The notes: generated by a model not told the origin, from the sequence alone. Shown: positions 12,353 through 26,120, counted from the stretch's first letter. The stretch: 64,000 bases of DNA from Ginglymostoma cirratum (GCA_024137785.1 JAHRHZ010000059.1:19658213-19722212), one strand, 5' to 3'. Numbers and translations: made by a program.

Positions 12353-12578
12353 TGTAGTGATCGTAACGAGGTCAGCCAGGTGGATCCACAGAATGTGAGT
12401 TCCCTGATTGGGGCTGTTAATCTGGTCCAATCAGAGAGCCCTGGCTGACAGATATAAACAGGAGCATAAGGTGTTCTGAGAGCTGGGTCTGAGGAAGCCA
12501 AACCAGTGTCAAGTACTGTGCACGTGTAAATAAAAGGTGACTTTGTGATGGGATGCCAGCCTCTGTGCTGTTATTTCA
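12353..12578 (+). mobile_element. Short solo LTR (~225 bp)
   Basis: TG...CA ends, 5-bp TSD GTTTG (12348-12352 / 12579-12583), internal CCAAT, GATATAAA and AATAAA; paralog at 25561-25786. Confidence 0.8.
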
Positions 12579-14029
12579 GTTTGCTGGCTCCAATGGTCTG
12601 ATAATATTTGCTGACTGCTCATGTGTACATACATGCCCATCCCTGAATTATGCATTCTGCGCAGACACATGCACATTGTAAAAGCGCATTTTTAAAGATT
12701 GCCCGAAACAATCTACTTTACTTAACCCATTTTACCAATGTATACTTACATTCAATTCTGTTTACATTTAGGTTTTTGTTAGCTACTTATCACTTGTTTC
12801 AAATATATTTGCGATTTATTGCTGCTAGTGCTTATACTCCTGGAAGTCAGTGGGCGAAGCCTAATTTAGTTCTTATTGGATGGGTTGTGAATATCCCTAC
12901 ATTTGTTGCCATCCTTAAATGCCCTTGAATTGACTTGCCAAGCCAGTTCAGACAGCAGTTAAGAGTCAACCACATTGCTGTGCATCTGGAGTTGGGTGTA
13001 GGGCAGACCCTTTAAGAGCGGCAGATTTCTTTCCCAAAATGGTAGACCACATGGATATTTTACAAAACAAAAACAAGCCATGGTTACCATCATTCAGACT
13101 AGCTTTACAATTCCAGATGTTATTACTTAAACTCCACCAGCTGTCACAATGGGTTTTAAATCTTTGTCAATATAGCATTAGCCTGGGACTCTGCATCACA
13201 AGTCCAGTGGCGTTGCCACGATACCATCATCTCCACTATTTGGTTTTATTTGACGATTGGATCTTAAAAGCAGTTTTGGAAGTGACTGAGCCCGACTTGC
13301 CTAATACATGTTTGCTTGTGTGTCTGTGAATACTTGTATACATCCAGTGAGGAAATAAATCTGAGTTCATGCAGTTGGAGTGGAATCCTTTCAAGGGGTG
13401 GAGACTAAACAGCAGTGAGTCAAATAAAACATACACTAGCTGAGAAATGAGGCAGACAGCAAAATTATACCCTGTAAAATACCTCTTATTGCACACAAGT
13501 GCATTAAGATTGCATTAAACTATATATAACCAACCTCAACTCATATTTAGCCACCTTCAAACATTGCTGTAAATAAACGAGCTGGAAAAAGCAGGAGGAC
13601 AAACCAATACCTTACATCTCAGTCATGATATAACAAGAGGGTCTATAGTAGACATCTGACAGTGATAAACACAGGAAATGTCAAAATTGTCATAAATAAT
13701 TACAAAATTGTTGATAAATTTTTCCAACCACATGCAACTAAGGGAAAAATTGAACAGAGATATCATATGTTAGTAGGGTTATCATTGGTGATTACTCTGA
13801 CTATAGTCAAAGCAAAAATGGAGAAGAAAGAAACAAACCCCATAAGCTTATGCAGACAGCTTCGATACTGAATATCCATCAGCTTTGGGAGGTGAATGTT
13901 GATAAGTAAAAGTTGACATTGATTTGTTTTGTCTCGTTGAGGTGGTATTACAGATCTCTGATTTTTTTTTTTGGAAAGAGCCTTTCGGCTCTCTTCCCTC
14001 CTGTTCTAAGTTGTCATTCTTCGTAGCTG

Positions 14030-14360
14030 CACAGTGGAGGTAATGGCCCAGTAGTATTAACACTGGACTTTTTATCCAGAAACTCAAGTAATGACAGGAG
14101 ACCTGGGTTTGAATCCTGCTATGGCAGGTGGTGGCATTTGAATTCAATAAACATTTGGAATTAGGAGTCTCATGATGACCATGAATTGATTGTTGGGAAA
14201 AACCCCTCCGGTTCACTAATGCCGCTTTAGAGAAGGAAAGTGCCTACATTTGACTCCAAGCCCACAGCAATGTAGGTGACTCTTAACTGTGGGTAAATAG
14301 GGGTAGACAATAAATGCTGGCCCAGCCAGCGATGCCCCCATTCCATGAATGAACAAAGAA
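14030..14360 (+). mobile_element. Third tRNA-derived SINE family (other copies ~2055-2270 -, 6915-7260 -, 12890-13235 -, 23015-23990 - split, 39785-40120 +)
   Basis: Head ACCTGGGTTTGAATCC, body GGTTCACTAATG..TTTAG.GAAGGAAA..TGACTCCA..CCACAGCAATGT..TGACTCTTAACTG, and tail CAATAAATGCTGGCCCAGCCAGCGATGCCC shared with the LINE at 3290-4065. Confidence 0.7.
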
Positions 14361-14524
14361 GTAACATTTGGTATCTCACATCTGCTCCACCATTTGCACA
14401 ATCTACATATCACTTGATATTTTTTAAGATTAATCTCTGTCATGCACAGACTCGATGATTGAGTCTCCCCAGCTCTTCAAGTTTGAGAATCGAAAATATT
14501 CACCACTTTTTCAATGACCTTTAG

Positions 14525-16570
14525 ATATAGGAGCAGAATTTGACCATTGAGTCTTCTCCACAACTCAATCAGGAGAGATACATTTCCCAACCCTGTTCTC
14601 CTGCTTCTTCCTGTAACCCTTGATCGCCTTACTAATTAATAACCCATCTACTTCTGTCTGAAGTGCACTCAGTGACTTGGCCTTCACAACGTTCTGTGGC
14701 AGTGAGTTCCACAGATTCATCAGCCTCTGGCTGAAGAAGTTCCTTCCCATCTTAGTCCTAAATGGCCTACCTCTTACACTGAAACTATGGTTCCTGGTTC
14801 TAGGCATCCACCTTGTCACACTCTGTAAAAATTTTGCATGAGTCAATGGAATTAACTTTCATTCTTCTATTCTGTACACAGACAAAACAACCAAAATACC
14901 AGAGGGCTGCTTTCTCATTAGAAAGAGACAACTGACTGGTGGCTTAATGTGAGGATCATAACACCTTAAGAAAGGGCAAGGTTGAGAAGGCAAGACCATC
15001 ATGATGGCCTCAGCTGTTACACGAATTGAACCCATACTGTTGACATCATTCTACGTTTCATATCAGATGCCCAGCTAACTGAGCCAATCAACTCCTTTAT
15101 GTGCAACAGCCTAGGTGTGGTATCATCATATCTCTGTACAATTGAAGTAAGCCCTCACTCCTGTACTCAAAATCTTTTGTGGTTAAGGTTAATGTACCAC
15201 TTAAATTCCTAATTGCTTGCCTGCCAGTTTTCAGTTGTGCATACACAAGATCACTCAGGTCTCTTTGATGTCAACTGTTCCCAATCGCTTACCATTTAAG
15301 AAACCCTTTGCATTTCTGTTTCTCATAAAAAAAGCAGATAACTTCACATTTTCCCATACTAAAGTCCACTTGCCATGCAGTTGACCACTCACTTAATCCC
15401 GTTGATTAAGTGCCTCTTTGCATCCTCCTCACAACTCACATTCCTACTTAGCTTTGTGTCATTGGCAAATTTGGAAATATTACATTTCGTCTTCATATTC
15501 AAGTCATTGATAGAGGTTGTAAGAGGTTGGTGTGGTAATCCTTGCAGCACCCCACTATTCACAGCCTTCCAACATGAGAATAATTCTTTTACTCTATTTC
15601 ATGTCATTTATCTGATCTTTCAATCAGCAAATTACCCTCAAATCCCATGTACTCACATATGGTTCATTAACCTCTTGCATGGGATTTTATCAAAAGCACT
15701 CTGAAAGTCCTAATACAACTTATCCTCTTGTTTCCTTTCTCGAGTTATACAGCTTATCTAGCTGCTTTCTAGCTAAACCCACAATGAAATTCTTTCAGTT
15801 TGTCAAACATTATTTCCTTCCCATAAGCTCACATTGATGCTGTCCAATCATACCATTATTTCCGATCACATAACTATCACATAGAACCTAATATTTTCTG
15901 ACCTAACGATGTCAGGCTAATAGGTTTATTGTTCCTAGTATTTTCCTCCTTTCTTTCTTAAGTAGTGGGTTTACATTCACCAACTTCCAAACTGCAGGAA
16001 TCATCCTAGAATCTGGTACTTTGGAAGATGACCGCCAACGCATCCATTATTTCTACACCACCTTTATCAACAACCTGGCATGTAGATCATCAGGTCCAAG
16101 AAATTAATTGGCCTTCAGACCCATTGAGTTCTCCGATACTACTTTTTTACGAATACTATTTTATTTCAGATCTCATTCCCATTAGTCTCCTAGTTTCCTA
16201 GTATCTCTGGGAGGAGTTTTTTTGTACCTTCTTCCAAGAAGATAAACACAAAGTTTTGTTCAGGTTCTCTGTCATTTTCTTAAAATTTCCTGTCCCTGCC
16301 TGTGAGGGATTCACATTTAACTTCCATATTTTTGTTTCCTTTTTGCATACGTACAAGAAAACATAACTGTCCCTTGTTTCTTAATAGCTCACTTTCATCT
16401 TCTACTTTCCTTCATTTATATCAGTTTCTTGGTCCTCCTTTGCAGAATTCTAAAATGCTCCCAGTCCCCAAGATTGCTACTATTTTGGCAACTTTTTAAG
16501 GCTCCTTCTTTGACCAATATAATCTTTAATTTCCCAAGGGTTAACCACAGTTAGATCACTTTTCTGGTTG
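14525..16570 (-). mobile_element. Decayed CR1 LINE fragments (14525-14810, ~15110-16570)
   Basis: RNFFSQRLMNLWNSLPQ motif; TTTGTGTCATTGGCAAATTT (reverse complement of KFANDTK). Confidence 0.7.
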
Positions 16571-18296
16571 GGTTTTTGTTCATGTAAACCTGCAAAGTTA
16601 CGCAGCTAAATGCAGAGATGTTCAGCAAGTCTCCACAGATAATTATCAGTTATGGTATTCAATTGATATTCTTCGTCTGCCTCCCTCTGACCTCTTCAGT
16701 GCGTCACCAATTATAACATCAATACTGACATTCCACAGTATGGAGTTTGCTTATACTGAGTTGATCAATCAACTCAGTACAAGCAAATTCCAAAGCATAG
16801 GACCTTCGTTCCCTGCAGTGCTCAACTCCATAATGAGTGGCACATATGCAACTTAGACGACAGATTGCATTTCTCATGACTAATTTTTAGTCTTGAAATC
16901 TTGCTGGTACAGAGTGCTGTTCACCTCCAAGAAGCAGAAATTGTATCAAACAGTGTGGCACTACAGTAGAACCAGATCCTGTTCTCCCTTGGCAAGCACT
17001 CTCAAGAGAAGCTCACGGGGTAGCACTTAGATGTGGGACATTTGGTGTTCTCTCATCTCAAGTAAGGCCATTCATACCAATGATAACACTCCTACCATTA
17101 TTCATGTGGTGACCAATTAAATCACCAAGAACCGCCACTCCATAATATCACGAATGTAAAATGCCAAATGGAGAAGAGATGGGGAAAGCAGTTGTTTCTT
17201 CTTTACCCTAAAAAAGGACAGCTTAGCTACAGCTCAAGTTAAAAGAAGGGCCAGGAAAACATTTTTCAAAGAGTTTTGTTGGCCTGTATTTTTCTTTACT
17301 GAGTATGCGTTTTACAACAGCTGCCTTGTGTTGGTCCTGTGCATTGAATTTGCAACATGCGTTTACACAGCAAGAAAGTCAACAGTTTTTTGTCTGTCCT
17401 GACACTTCTTACAAACATCAAGATTGATGTCTGCCCTTAGCTGACGGAAGCTGACAGAAAAATGCACAGTGTAGAGAGTTTTTGGTCATTTGTATACTTA
17501 AGCATGTTTAAATTTAGAGCATTGAGGTCACCAACTTTTCTCATGCAATTTCTCCTCTATGTCCCTACTTCAACAAACAAACAAAACTAAACCAAAGCAA
17601 TTCCCCAAGGTTTAAAGAGATGCCCACAATCTTTTGGGTGACTTGTATACTACGTTATCTCTCCGATACACTTAGGCCACTGTATTTCCTTCCTGTTAGC
17701 AGGAGGATGCTGTTTTATTTTTCCGTAGGTCATTTTTATTAACTGAGCAGTTGTCCAAAACAGAACTAGACAGCTTAATAAATCCAGCATGGAGATCCTG
17801 TATCCACCCAGACCGCAGAAACAACTCAAATCTGTGCACCCTCAGCAATTTCGATATGTGGTGGCCAGCTGTTGTTTGTTTTTTCAACTGCTACTGTAAA
17901 TCATATGCATTTTTGTTGGCTTTAACTGAATAATCAAAAGACACTCTTTTTAACGTATTCTGGCCACCTTATTGGGCAATATTTCCAGTGCACTTTTATC
18001 TGAGTGGCTCCCTTCCTATGTGTTATTCTTCCATGTCCTGTCCAACTGTCTCTCCCAAATTTTTCTCCCTGTCTTGTACCATCGCTGCAGTAGAGCGAAG
18101 AAGACCCTGTAACAATATTCTCCCATTGGTTCTCCATTCAGTGTTTTATGTGGGAATGTGGCATTGTAATTGGCATTTCTCAGTCTCTCTCAATGTTACT
18201 ATATGAGATGCTGTACTAACCCCAAGAGAAAATACTGGGACATAATTAAGCTTTGTAGACCAAATTCGGTTCATGTTGTCCTAAATCAGTCCTAGT

Positions 18297-19168
18297 TATT
18301 ATGGACCAGACCAGATCCCCTCAAACCATTTAAGAATGTAACCTAGACCCTACTTTTTTTCTTATTTTTAAAGGCAAATGTGAAGTGCCTGCTCCAGATG
18401 CAATGCGACTGGTCAAACTACTCAATGTTGGGCAAAACACAGTTTATTTAAACACTGTAGTTAAAATACAATCAAAGAAGGAGGAAGTTAAAATAACTCT
18501 ACTGGAAAATTTAACAGAGTAATAGATACAGTACAAATTACTGACTAAAAAACAAAAGAACTACAGATGCTGTAAATCAGGAACAAAAACAGAAGTTGCT
18601 GGAAAAGTTCAGCAGGTCTGGCAGCATCTGTGAAGAGAAAATCAGAGTTAACGTTTTGGGTCCAGTGACCCTTCCTCAGAACTTTTATCTGAGTGGACCT
18701 GAAACGTTAACTCTGATTTTCCCTTCACAGATGCTGCCAGACCTGCTGGGCTTTTCCAGCAACTTCTGTTTTTGTACCTATTACAAACTAACTATTCCAA
18801 CATAGTAACATCCCATACACACACCCCTTAGTAAAAAGGTTAATTCAGACTCAGACAGTCACATGCGGTTCTCCAATCCAGGAGGGGGAAAAAAATCAAC
18901 AGAAAATTCAGACAGAGTAGCATTCAGGAGATATTAACTGAAGCATCCAACTTTGTTGAGACTCCAAAAGCTTCCGACGCCACTGAGAAGCCAAAACCCG
19001 GAAATCCTGATTGGTGGGTGCTGGCCACACCCATTCAGGCTGCATTAAAAAAAAAACAAGGCCTCCCAAGCTGTTCACAATACTCCAGACTGCTCTGTGC
19101 CTCTATCTCTCAACTTCTCTTCAAAAGAAAAGGACAAAATAACCTCTTAAAGTGACAGCATTGCCACA
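18297..19168 (-). mobile_element. Solo LTR (~630 bp plus nested family B element)
   Basis: TSD TAGT (18293-18296 / 19169-19172); reverse-complement homology to 23164-23795. Confidence 0.7.
18546..18778. mobile_element. Palindromic Penelope-like family B insertion inside a solo LTR
   Basis: Arms ~18581-18664 and ~18694-18778 are reverse complements. Minus strand has AGTT-CTGAGGA-A-GGGTC[ACTG]GACCC-AAAAC-GTT-AACT (GAAA box mutated). Confidence 0.75.
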
Positions 19169-20069
19169 TAGTTTATGGCAGACAATGTTTTGGGCTACCT
19201 GAGGATAACACACTTTCAGAAAATATTATCACATGGGTGGAATGCTTATAAAAATTTAAGAAGTTGCCTTTAATAGTTTATTGAATAGTGTCGCATGTTT
19301 AATATGTCAGTACCGTGCAGTAATGACACCAGTTTCTTTATGTGTTTGAACTTCATTTACAATACTTTATACAATGTTTTAAAATATCTACTCCTCGCTT
19401 CAGCTCTGGTTTCCAGTTCTTTTGACAACTTTGATTACTTTTCTGAAGCTACATTCAGGCTTAACCAATCAAGTACGGTACGCATTAATAATAAATGGAT
19501 TCACATCTTCAAAAATAGAACAGCTGAACAATTGAATACTATGTGTGTCGCTCTCCTTCCTCCAGGTAACTAGGGGAAGGACATCAAGAAACACTGTTTT
19601 TCAAAGAAATGAAGATTGCAGCTATTACACCTTTCTGCTGAGAATTTTAGCTTTGAGAAATACTCAAGGGTTGGGGGCAGTACTGAAATGGGTAACAAAT
19701 GTCACTTATCCAGCCATGCCCATATCCTATAAGAGAAGTAACGCAAAAATAAATTACTGGACTGCATGTTCTGAAGGCTAGCAATCATTGTGAGATTGCC
19801 ACTCTACTTCTATATTTTTGTATTAGTTCTCAGCTCTGCATTTCAGGCAAACAATTCTGAACCTAGCTTCTGCAGTGATGGAAGGTACCTGAAACTCAAT
19901 ATTTCTCTCTCGATGCAGGATAAGTAGGGAAAGTCAAAGCATCCTGTCTTTTCCACACCAGTGGATGCTGTATTCTCTGCCTTGCACGTCCAGCTGCACA
20001 GCTAACTCCTGCACAAGAGTCAGGACATAAGATAAATGTGGGATTAGGGAGACGTTGATTAAGGAGCTT

Positions 20070-20345
20070 AGGTGCTTGATGGGTAGGATGCCAAGTAGGT
20101 AGAATATCAAGACACCAGATAAGTAGGTGCATCGTGGTTAGGCTGCCAGATGAGTAAGGTGCCAGGGGGCCCAGGAGGGCAGATTTTAAGGTGGGTTGGT
20201 GACATGTTGCCAGGAGGGTAGGGTATTAGGGGAACAGGAGAGTTGGGTTTCAGGTGCTTAGGGTGGTGGGTGCCAGGTAAATTGGGTGCCAGGTGAGTTG
20301 GGTGGCAGGTGAGTTGACCCAGTGAGTTGGATGGCAGGGTGTCAG
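20070..20345. repeat. Degenerate G-rich minisatellite (GGGTGCCAGGTGAGTT-like units)
   Basis: Recurrent GGTGCCAGG / GGTGAGTTG units. Confidence 0.65.
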
Positions 20346-20888
20346 TTAATTGATGGACTACTTAGAGTAGGTCAGAGTTGTAGATGGGAAGCAAGGTCTG
20401 GTCTAGCAAGGAGTGTGTCAGGTCCAGAGGGGATTGAGGAGTCAGGTCTGGATTTTTAGGGTGAGGGTTGCAAGGCACAACATGGGAGCTGGGAGCTCCA
20501 ATCTCTTTATGGAGCTTTATTGGAGGGTTCCTGATGCAGGGGCAAGTCCCCATTGGAATCTTCAATTTCCGGGGTAATTCACATGGAGTCTGCTGTGTCT
20601 GGAATTCCACATGGTTCCCGACACCCAGTTTATGCTGCTCTAATGCATATTGAGCCATCAGAATATCTGAACTGCTGTGATATGAAGATTGCAGCTCTCT
20701 GCACATTACTATTTGGAGGAGAACAAAAAAGAAAACTGAAAATAAACTTGTCTTTCGTTGCTGAAATACTTCCAATCTATGTAGAAATGTTCATTTGTAT
20801 AGCATGACCTCATGACCTCAGGACTCCACAAAATGCTTTAAAGCCAATGCATGAATCAGAACAACTTGATTTCTGGAGAAAACTAACA

Positions 20889-21187
20889 ATCGTAGAATCC
20901 CTCTGGCATGGAAGCAGGCAATTTGGCCCATCAAATCCACATCAACCCTCTGAAGAGCATCGCACTACCCCATGGCCAATCCACCTCGCCTGCACACTAT
21001 GGACAATTTAGCATGGCCAATCCACCTAACCTTCATATCTTTGGACTGCGGGAGGAAACCAGAGCACCCAGAAGAAACCCACATAGACACAGGGAGAAGG
21101 TGCAAACTCCACAGATGGTTGCCCAAGAGGGGAGTCAAACCCAGACCCCTGGTCCTGTGAGCCAGTATGCTAACCACTGAGCCACCT
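20889..21187 (-). mobile_element. HE1-type V-SINE inserted in an older DeuSINE-like copy
   Basis: Reverse complement of the HE1 motifs; DeuSINE-like remnants on both sides (~20785-20850, ~21205-21435). Confidence 0.8.
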
Positions 21188-23163
21188 TGTCACCTTGCTT
21201 GGTAAATTACCAAATTTGGTTTAGATATTGGATGAGAGGTAGATATTGGCCTAAGATTTTAAGGAGAAAGCCATATATTTTCTTCAAATACCATAATGTA
21301 TTTTATGTTTTATTTTATTTTCTGGTAGTTTACTGTTTCATGCCAAAGACAGTAGCTGTGTTGATGCTTCAGGGAATGGGATTTGACCCACAACTCTCTC
21401 ATTCAAAAGGTGAGAATATTAGCCACTGAGCCACAGCTAGTGTCAAACCACTTGGTGAGTGATAGGTGACGCCTAATCAAAGGAATGCGTAATTTCAAGA
21501 CGTGTTCCTATCATAGCAACCAAAAGCTGAATCTGGTGCTTGTTAAACTGGTTTCCCAGACCCATTCACAGAGCATTTAGACTGCTTGCTGCCGAATTAA
21601 GCACTAGTAAATATCTAGAATTCTGACCCTGAGTGTTTTTGTTTACAAATTAAAATAAATGCTCACATGTTCCTGTGTTTAAACTGCTTTTCAATTGAGC
21701 AGAAACAAGTTTAAAGATTAAATACATAAGAGAGCAGGTTTTAGACCCCTGAATGACCTCCGTTTTTGAAAAGTCAGCGATAACATTGTCTTTGACAGCT
21801 GCTGAATGCACGGGTTCCTTTCCTGGGATTTACCTGGCTCCATGTTTGAAATGAAGGTTGCTTGATCCCTGGGACAAATTTTGATATGTTAAAATAAAAA
21901 CGCCAACTGTGTGAATTTATGCAAACTGGATGATCAGCAATGAATAACGTCAACATGTGCCAAGATAAAGCCTCTGTGAATGTGCCCGCTTTCCCCCTTT
22001 CATTATCATTTCTCCGTGTGCGTGCGTACATGTGGCACAATCCCAGCATTGAGCCACGCAGCTTCCTACTCATTGGTAACTGGCATGATTTTATTACATG
22101 GAAAGCAGTTGTGAGAGGTCGCCGTCTTAATGAACAGTATGCTTTTGTCTATTATTTATATATATTACCTCGCTTCTGCCCCTCTTGGCATCGCCTTAAA
22201 AGGGGAAAGTGAGAGCACGTCTGCCAAGGTAGTTGTTTGATATCCCATCACTTTTCTTTGTTGATATAGAAACATGAAAGAAGACTTGGGCTAATCTTTG
22301 CAGGCAATGGATTCTTTGTCAATAAGCTGAGAATGCAGCCACTTCAAATAAAAGAAATCTTTTAATGCAGCTGCATAATAAATTTAATGAAGCAATCCTC
22401 CCGCAGAAACATTTGCAGCAAAAACACACAGTTCCTAATCCTTGCCCAACATTTGCTTGAAGAGAATCTCGACTAAAGTCTTGATAAACAAGTTCAATCA
22501 GGTCAAACTGGGACCATTGTAGAAATAATGTACTTTTTGGATTTCTTTTTCTCTTGTGACTGGGACATTTGTTCTCGTTCACCCTGGGGAGAATGCAGCG
22601 CTCAGTTGCACGACATTTTTTGAAGAATCCTATCTCAGGTAAAAATAAAAGGGAGAATGTTCTGACTGCAACGTTTCCCTTTAAAGGGTTAGCTGTTTGA
22701 TGTGGGCACTTTGATGTGTTTTTGGTACCATGTTTCTCTTGCCACAGACTCAGAGGTAAGTTGGTTCAGCTTTATTTTAATCAGATTTTATTTTTTGGGT
22801 TTTATAGCTTCAACGATGGTGACTTGCTTCACATAATCACTGGAGCTCCTGGCTTGGAAATTTGAAAATGAAAATGAAAGATCAAAGCTACCGCATTAAA
22901 GGCTCAACCCTGACTTTTGGACTATCCATTCGTCATTCTGTGCCGTTAACTTTTCATGCAATGGTATTAGATCTCTCCTTTTCCCAGTTCAGCCACTTTC
23001 TTTATTCTTTTTATAGGACATATGTGTCACTGGCAACCCAGCATTTGTGGCTTAACTTTAATATTCCTTGAAGTGAATGGTTTGCTGGACCATTTCAGAG
23101 GGTCGGTGTGAGTCAACCATGTGGATGTGGGTCTGGAGTCACATGTAGACCAGATCAGGCAAG

Positions 23164-23795
23164 TGTGAAAATATTACAGCTTTAAGAGGCGTCTTTGGAC
23201 CTTTTTTGTTTATGAAGAAAGCAGTTGAGACAGAGGTACCAAGCAATCTGTTCCAAACCTAATAAAGTAAATTGACCCTGGGATTTTTTTTAAAAGTTAA
23301 AACAATGCAAGCACCCTGAATGGTTGGGGTCAAGCTCCCACAAAACCAGGATGTTGTTTTAGTTTGAGCTTTCAGTATCAGCTGTTGCTGAGGTCTGGAA
23401 GCTGAACGTGAAAGCTCTTATTCCTCTCTCTTTTAAAGCTAAAGCTGGGGTTCTCTTCCTGCTACTAGAATCGCATGTGAGGCAATCTATTTTACTGAAT
23501 TTGCCTTTGCCCAGGGTATGTATTTGGGATGCTACTATGTTGGAAGAGTTACCTTTCAGTAGTTAACTAATCTATTATTCAGATAAATTTTACAAAAGAG
23601 GTGTTTTTTCATTTCTTTAATTTGCTGTATTTAAACTATAGTGCATGAATAAAGTATGTTTTGCTTCAAGACTGGTAGCCTAATCTAATTGAATCTGGAA
23701 TGCAACGCCTGACACTTGCCTTTAAAATAAGAAAAAGTTAGGGTCTAAGCTATCTTCTTAACATATTTTAAGGGAATTTGGTCTGGTCCTCAACA
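23164..23795 (+). mobile_element. Solo LTR inserted in a SINE
   Basis: TGT...ACA ends, internal AATAAA; the host SINE resumes on both sides. Confidence 0.7.
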
Positions 23796-24089
23796 ATAAG
23801 GCTGACAGATTTTCTTCCCTAAAGGACATTAGTGAAGCAGATGGGTTTTTAAAATAATCGACAATAACTGTCACATGGTCACCATAATTGAAATTTCAAC
23901 TTTTTATTATTGAATTTATATTGCCATTGTGGGAATTAAATGCATATCCCTAGAACAATAGCTAGTACAGACATATTACCACTATGTCATTTCTGGTGTA
24001 TTTCTGCCTAAAAGTACCTTATGTTGAAGTTAAAGCATTGTCCTTTTTCTAAAAGTCATTGTAGACTATCTGGTACTCTAGTCATTAAG

Positions 24090-24685
24090 TCTTGGAGTCA
24101 TGCAGTGTAGAAACAGACTCCATTAGTCCAAACAGTCCACGCCAACCAGAATGCCAAACTAAACTAGTCTCACTTGCCTGCACTTAGCCCATATCCCTCC
24201 AAACTTTTCCTATTTATGAATGTATCCAAACATCTTTTAAATGTTGTGACTGTACCTGCATCCATCACTTCCTCTGGATGTTCATTCTGCATGTGCACCA
24301 TTCTCTGTGTGAAAATATTGCCGCTCATGGTCCTTTTTAAATCTTTCTCCTCTCACCTTAAACATATGCCACTAATTTTGAAATCCCCCACCTTAGGAAA
24401 ATCATTTGCCTTATTTATGCCACTTATAATTTTATAACCTTCAGGAAGCTCACCCCTCAACCTCCTATGCTCCAATGAAAAAAGTCCCAGTCTTTCTTGT
24501 CTACTTTTATATCTTGAACCCTCCATTCCTGGCAACATCCTGGGAAATCTTTTCTGAATCCTCTCCAGTTTAATAATAACCTTCTTATAATAGGGCAACA
24601 AGAACTGCACATAGTACTCCAAAAGAGGCCTCACCAATGTCCAGTATAACCTCAACATGATGTCCCAACTCCTACACTCAAAGGC
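24090..24685 (-). mobile_element. CR1/HER1 LINE 3' fragment
   Basis: LYWTLVRPLLEYYVQFLLPYYKKVIIKLERIQKRFPRMLPG...LGLFSLEHRRLRGEL. Confidence 0.85.
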
Positions 24686-24694
24686 CTTCAAGCT

Positions 24695-24832
24695 GTTTCT
24701 GTGGAAGGGTCACCAGTCCCGAAATGTTAACTCCGATTTGTCCTCACAGATCCTCCCAGACCTGCTGAGCTTTACCAGCAAATTCTGTTTTTGTGTCTGT
24801 TTTACAGCATCTGCAGCTCTTTCGGTTTTGAT
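24695..24832 (+). mobile_element. Family B single arm with decayed hammerhead
   Basis: TTTCTGTGGAAGGGTCACCAGTCCCGAAATGTTAAC followed by CAGACCTGCTGAGCTTTACCAGCA and the tail. Confidence 0.7.
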
Positions 24833-25079
24833 TAAATATTTCATGGGGAGTCTTGCTCGGCTCTGTGACATAACTTTTATAACTTCCATCTGTAGGGCTA
24901 TTAAGCTGAAAACTGCCAGGGTACAGGCTAAACCCTGGGGACGAAAACGCTGGCTGAGGACAGGAAACAGCAGATGTTCATTCACAGCAGTTGCGTCAGG
25001 AATGCGAGAAAGCATTAAGTGAGATTTGTCAGGACTCAGAATGGTGATAACTACTCTTTCAAATCGAAAACTCAATCGA

Positions 25080-26120
25080 TTCCAAAGTGGTCAACTTTCA
25101 GCGATAGTTGCAACTTGCGCAGACGATCAAAATTGGAAGAGACAGCTCAGAAGTTACTTTGGACGTTGGACAACATACGCAAACAGCAAAGCAGTGTCAG
25201 ATGAAGTTTGATGCATAAGAGTGTGAAATGTAGCCGTTAGGAAGTGAAGATATCTGAGAGACATAGTGTTGAAATAGATGTCAAAAAACGGTCAATCCTA
25301 GCAGATTCTATATTAAACAAAAGTTACAGATATTCAACAGTAAAGAATTTACAGAGTTAAGGACAAGACATAAGGGTGTAGATCCAAGCAGTATAGCTCT
25401 TACAAGGAGCCAGCACGGGCAAAATGGAACAATGGCCTCTAATTTTCAATAATTTTAAAAGCATTCAACAAATGCAGAACAGCAGTCTTTAAATGCAATG
25501 AGATTTTGAACGACACAACTAAGAGTAGAATATAAAGGAGGCAATGACAAAGATTTGTAATGTATTGATTATAATGAGGTCAGCCAGGTGGTTGATTTCC
25601 CTGACTGGGGCTGTTAACTTGGGTCCAATCAGGGAGCTCTGGCTGACAGATATAAACAGGAGTGTCAAAGGTTCTGCTTACTCTGAGTGCTGGCTCTGTG
25701 GAAGCCAGACCAGTGTCAAGTACTGTATATGTGGTCAATAAAAGGTGACCTGATGTTGGGGTATCAGCCTCCAGGGAGTCATTTCATATAATGCTCTGTG
25801 TCAGATCACAATTGAATAATGTGTTCAATTCTGATCATCAGTTTTTTGGAAAGGAGAAGCATAAAATTGAACTTCAATGTTAAACATGTGACTCTGGAAA
25901 GACTGGGATAACTTGGACTCTTTAATCTTGAAAGGAGATATCTGATAGGTGTTCATAGTGTAAAGTATTTGAGATTTTCAAGGTTGTCAAAAATTGACAT
26001 AATAATTACTTATTAAACAGTGAGTATCTGAGGAGGTGACAGAACTCCAATTTATAAAAGATAACTATGAATTGGTATCAGAGAATTGTTCTTCAAAGAA
26101 AAGGTGAAAAATGGGTGACA
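25080..26120 (+). mobile_element. Very old CR1 RT remnant interrupted by a short LTR
   Basis: VATCADDQNW (FADDTKL-like), CAGATGAAGTTTGATG, and later GTGTTCAATTCTGATCA and TTGGACTCTTTAATCTTGAAAGGAG. Confidence 0.45.
25561..25786 (+). mobile_element. Short solo LTR, same family
   Basis: TG...CA ends, TSD TGTAA/TATAA, homologous over its full length to 12353-12578. Confidence 0.8.
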
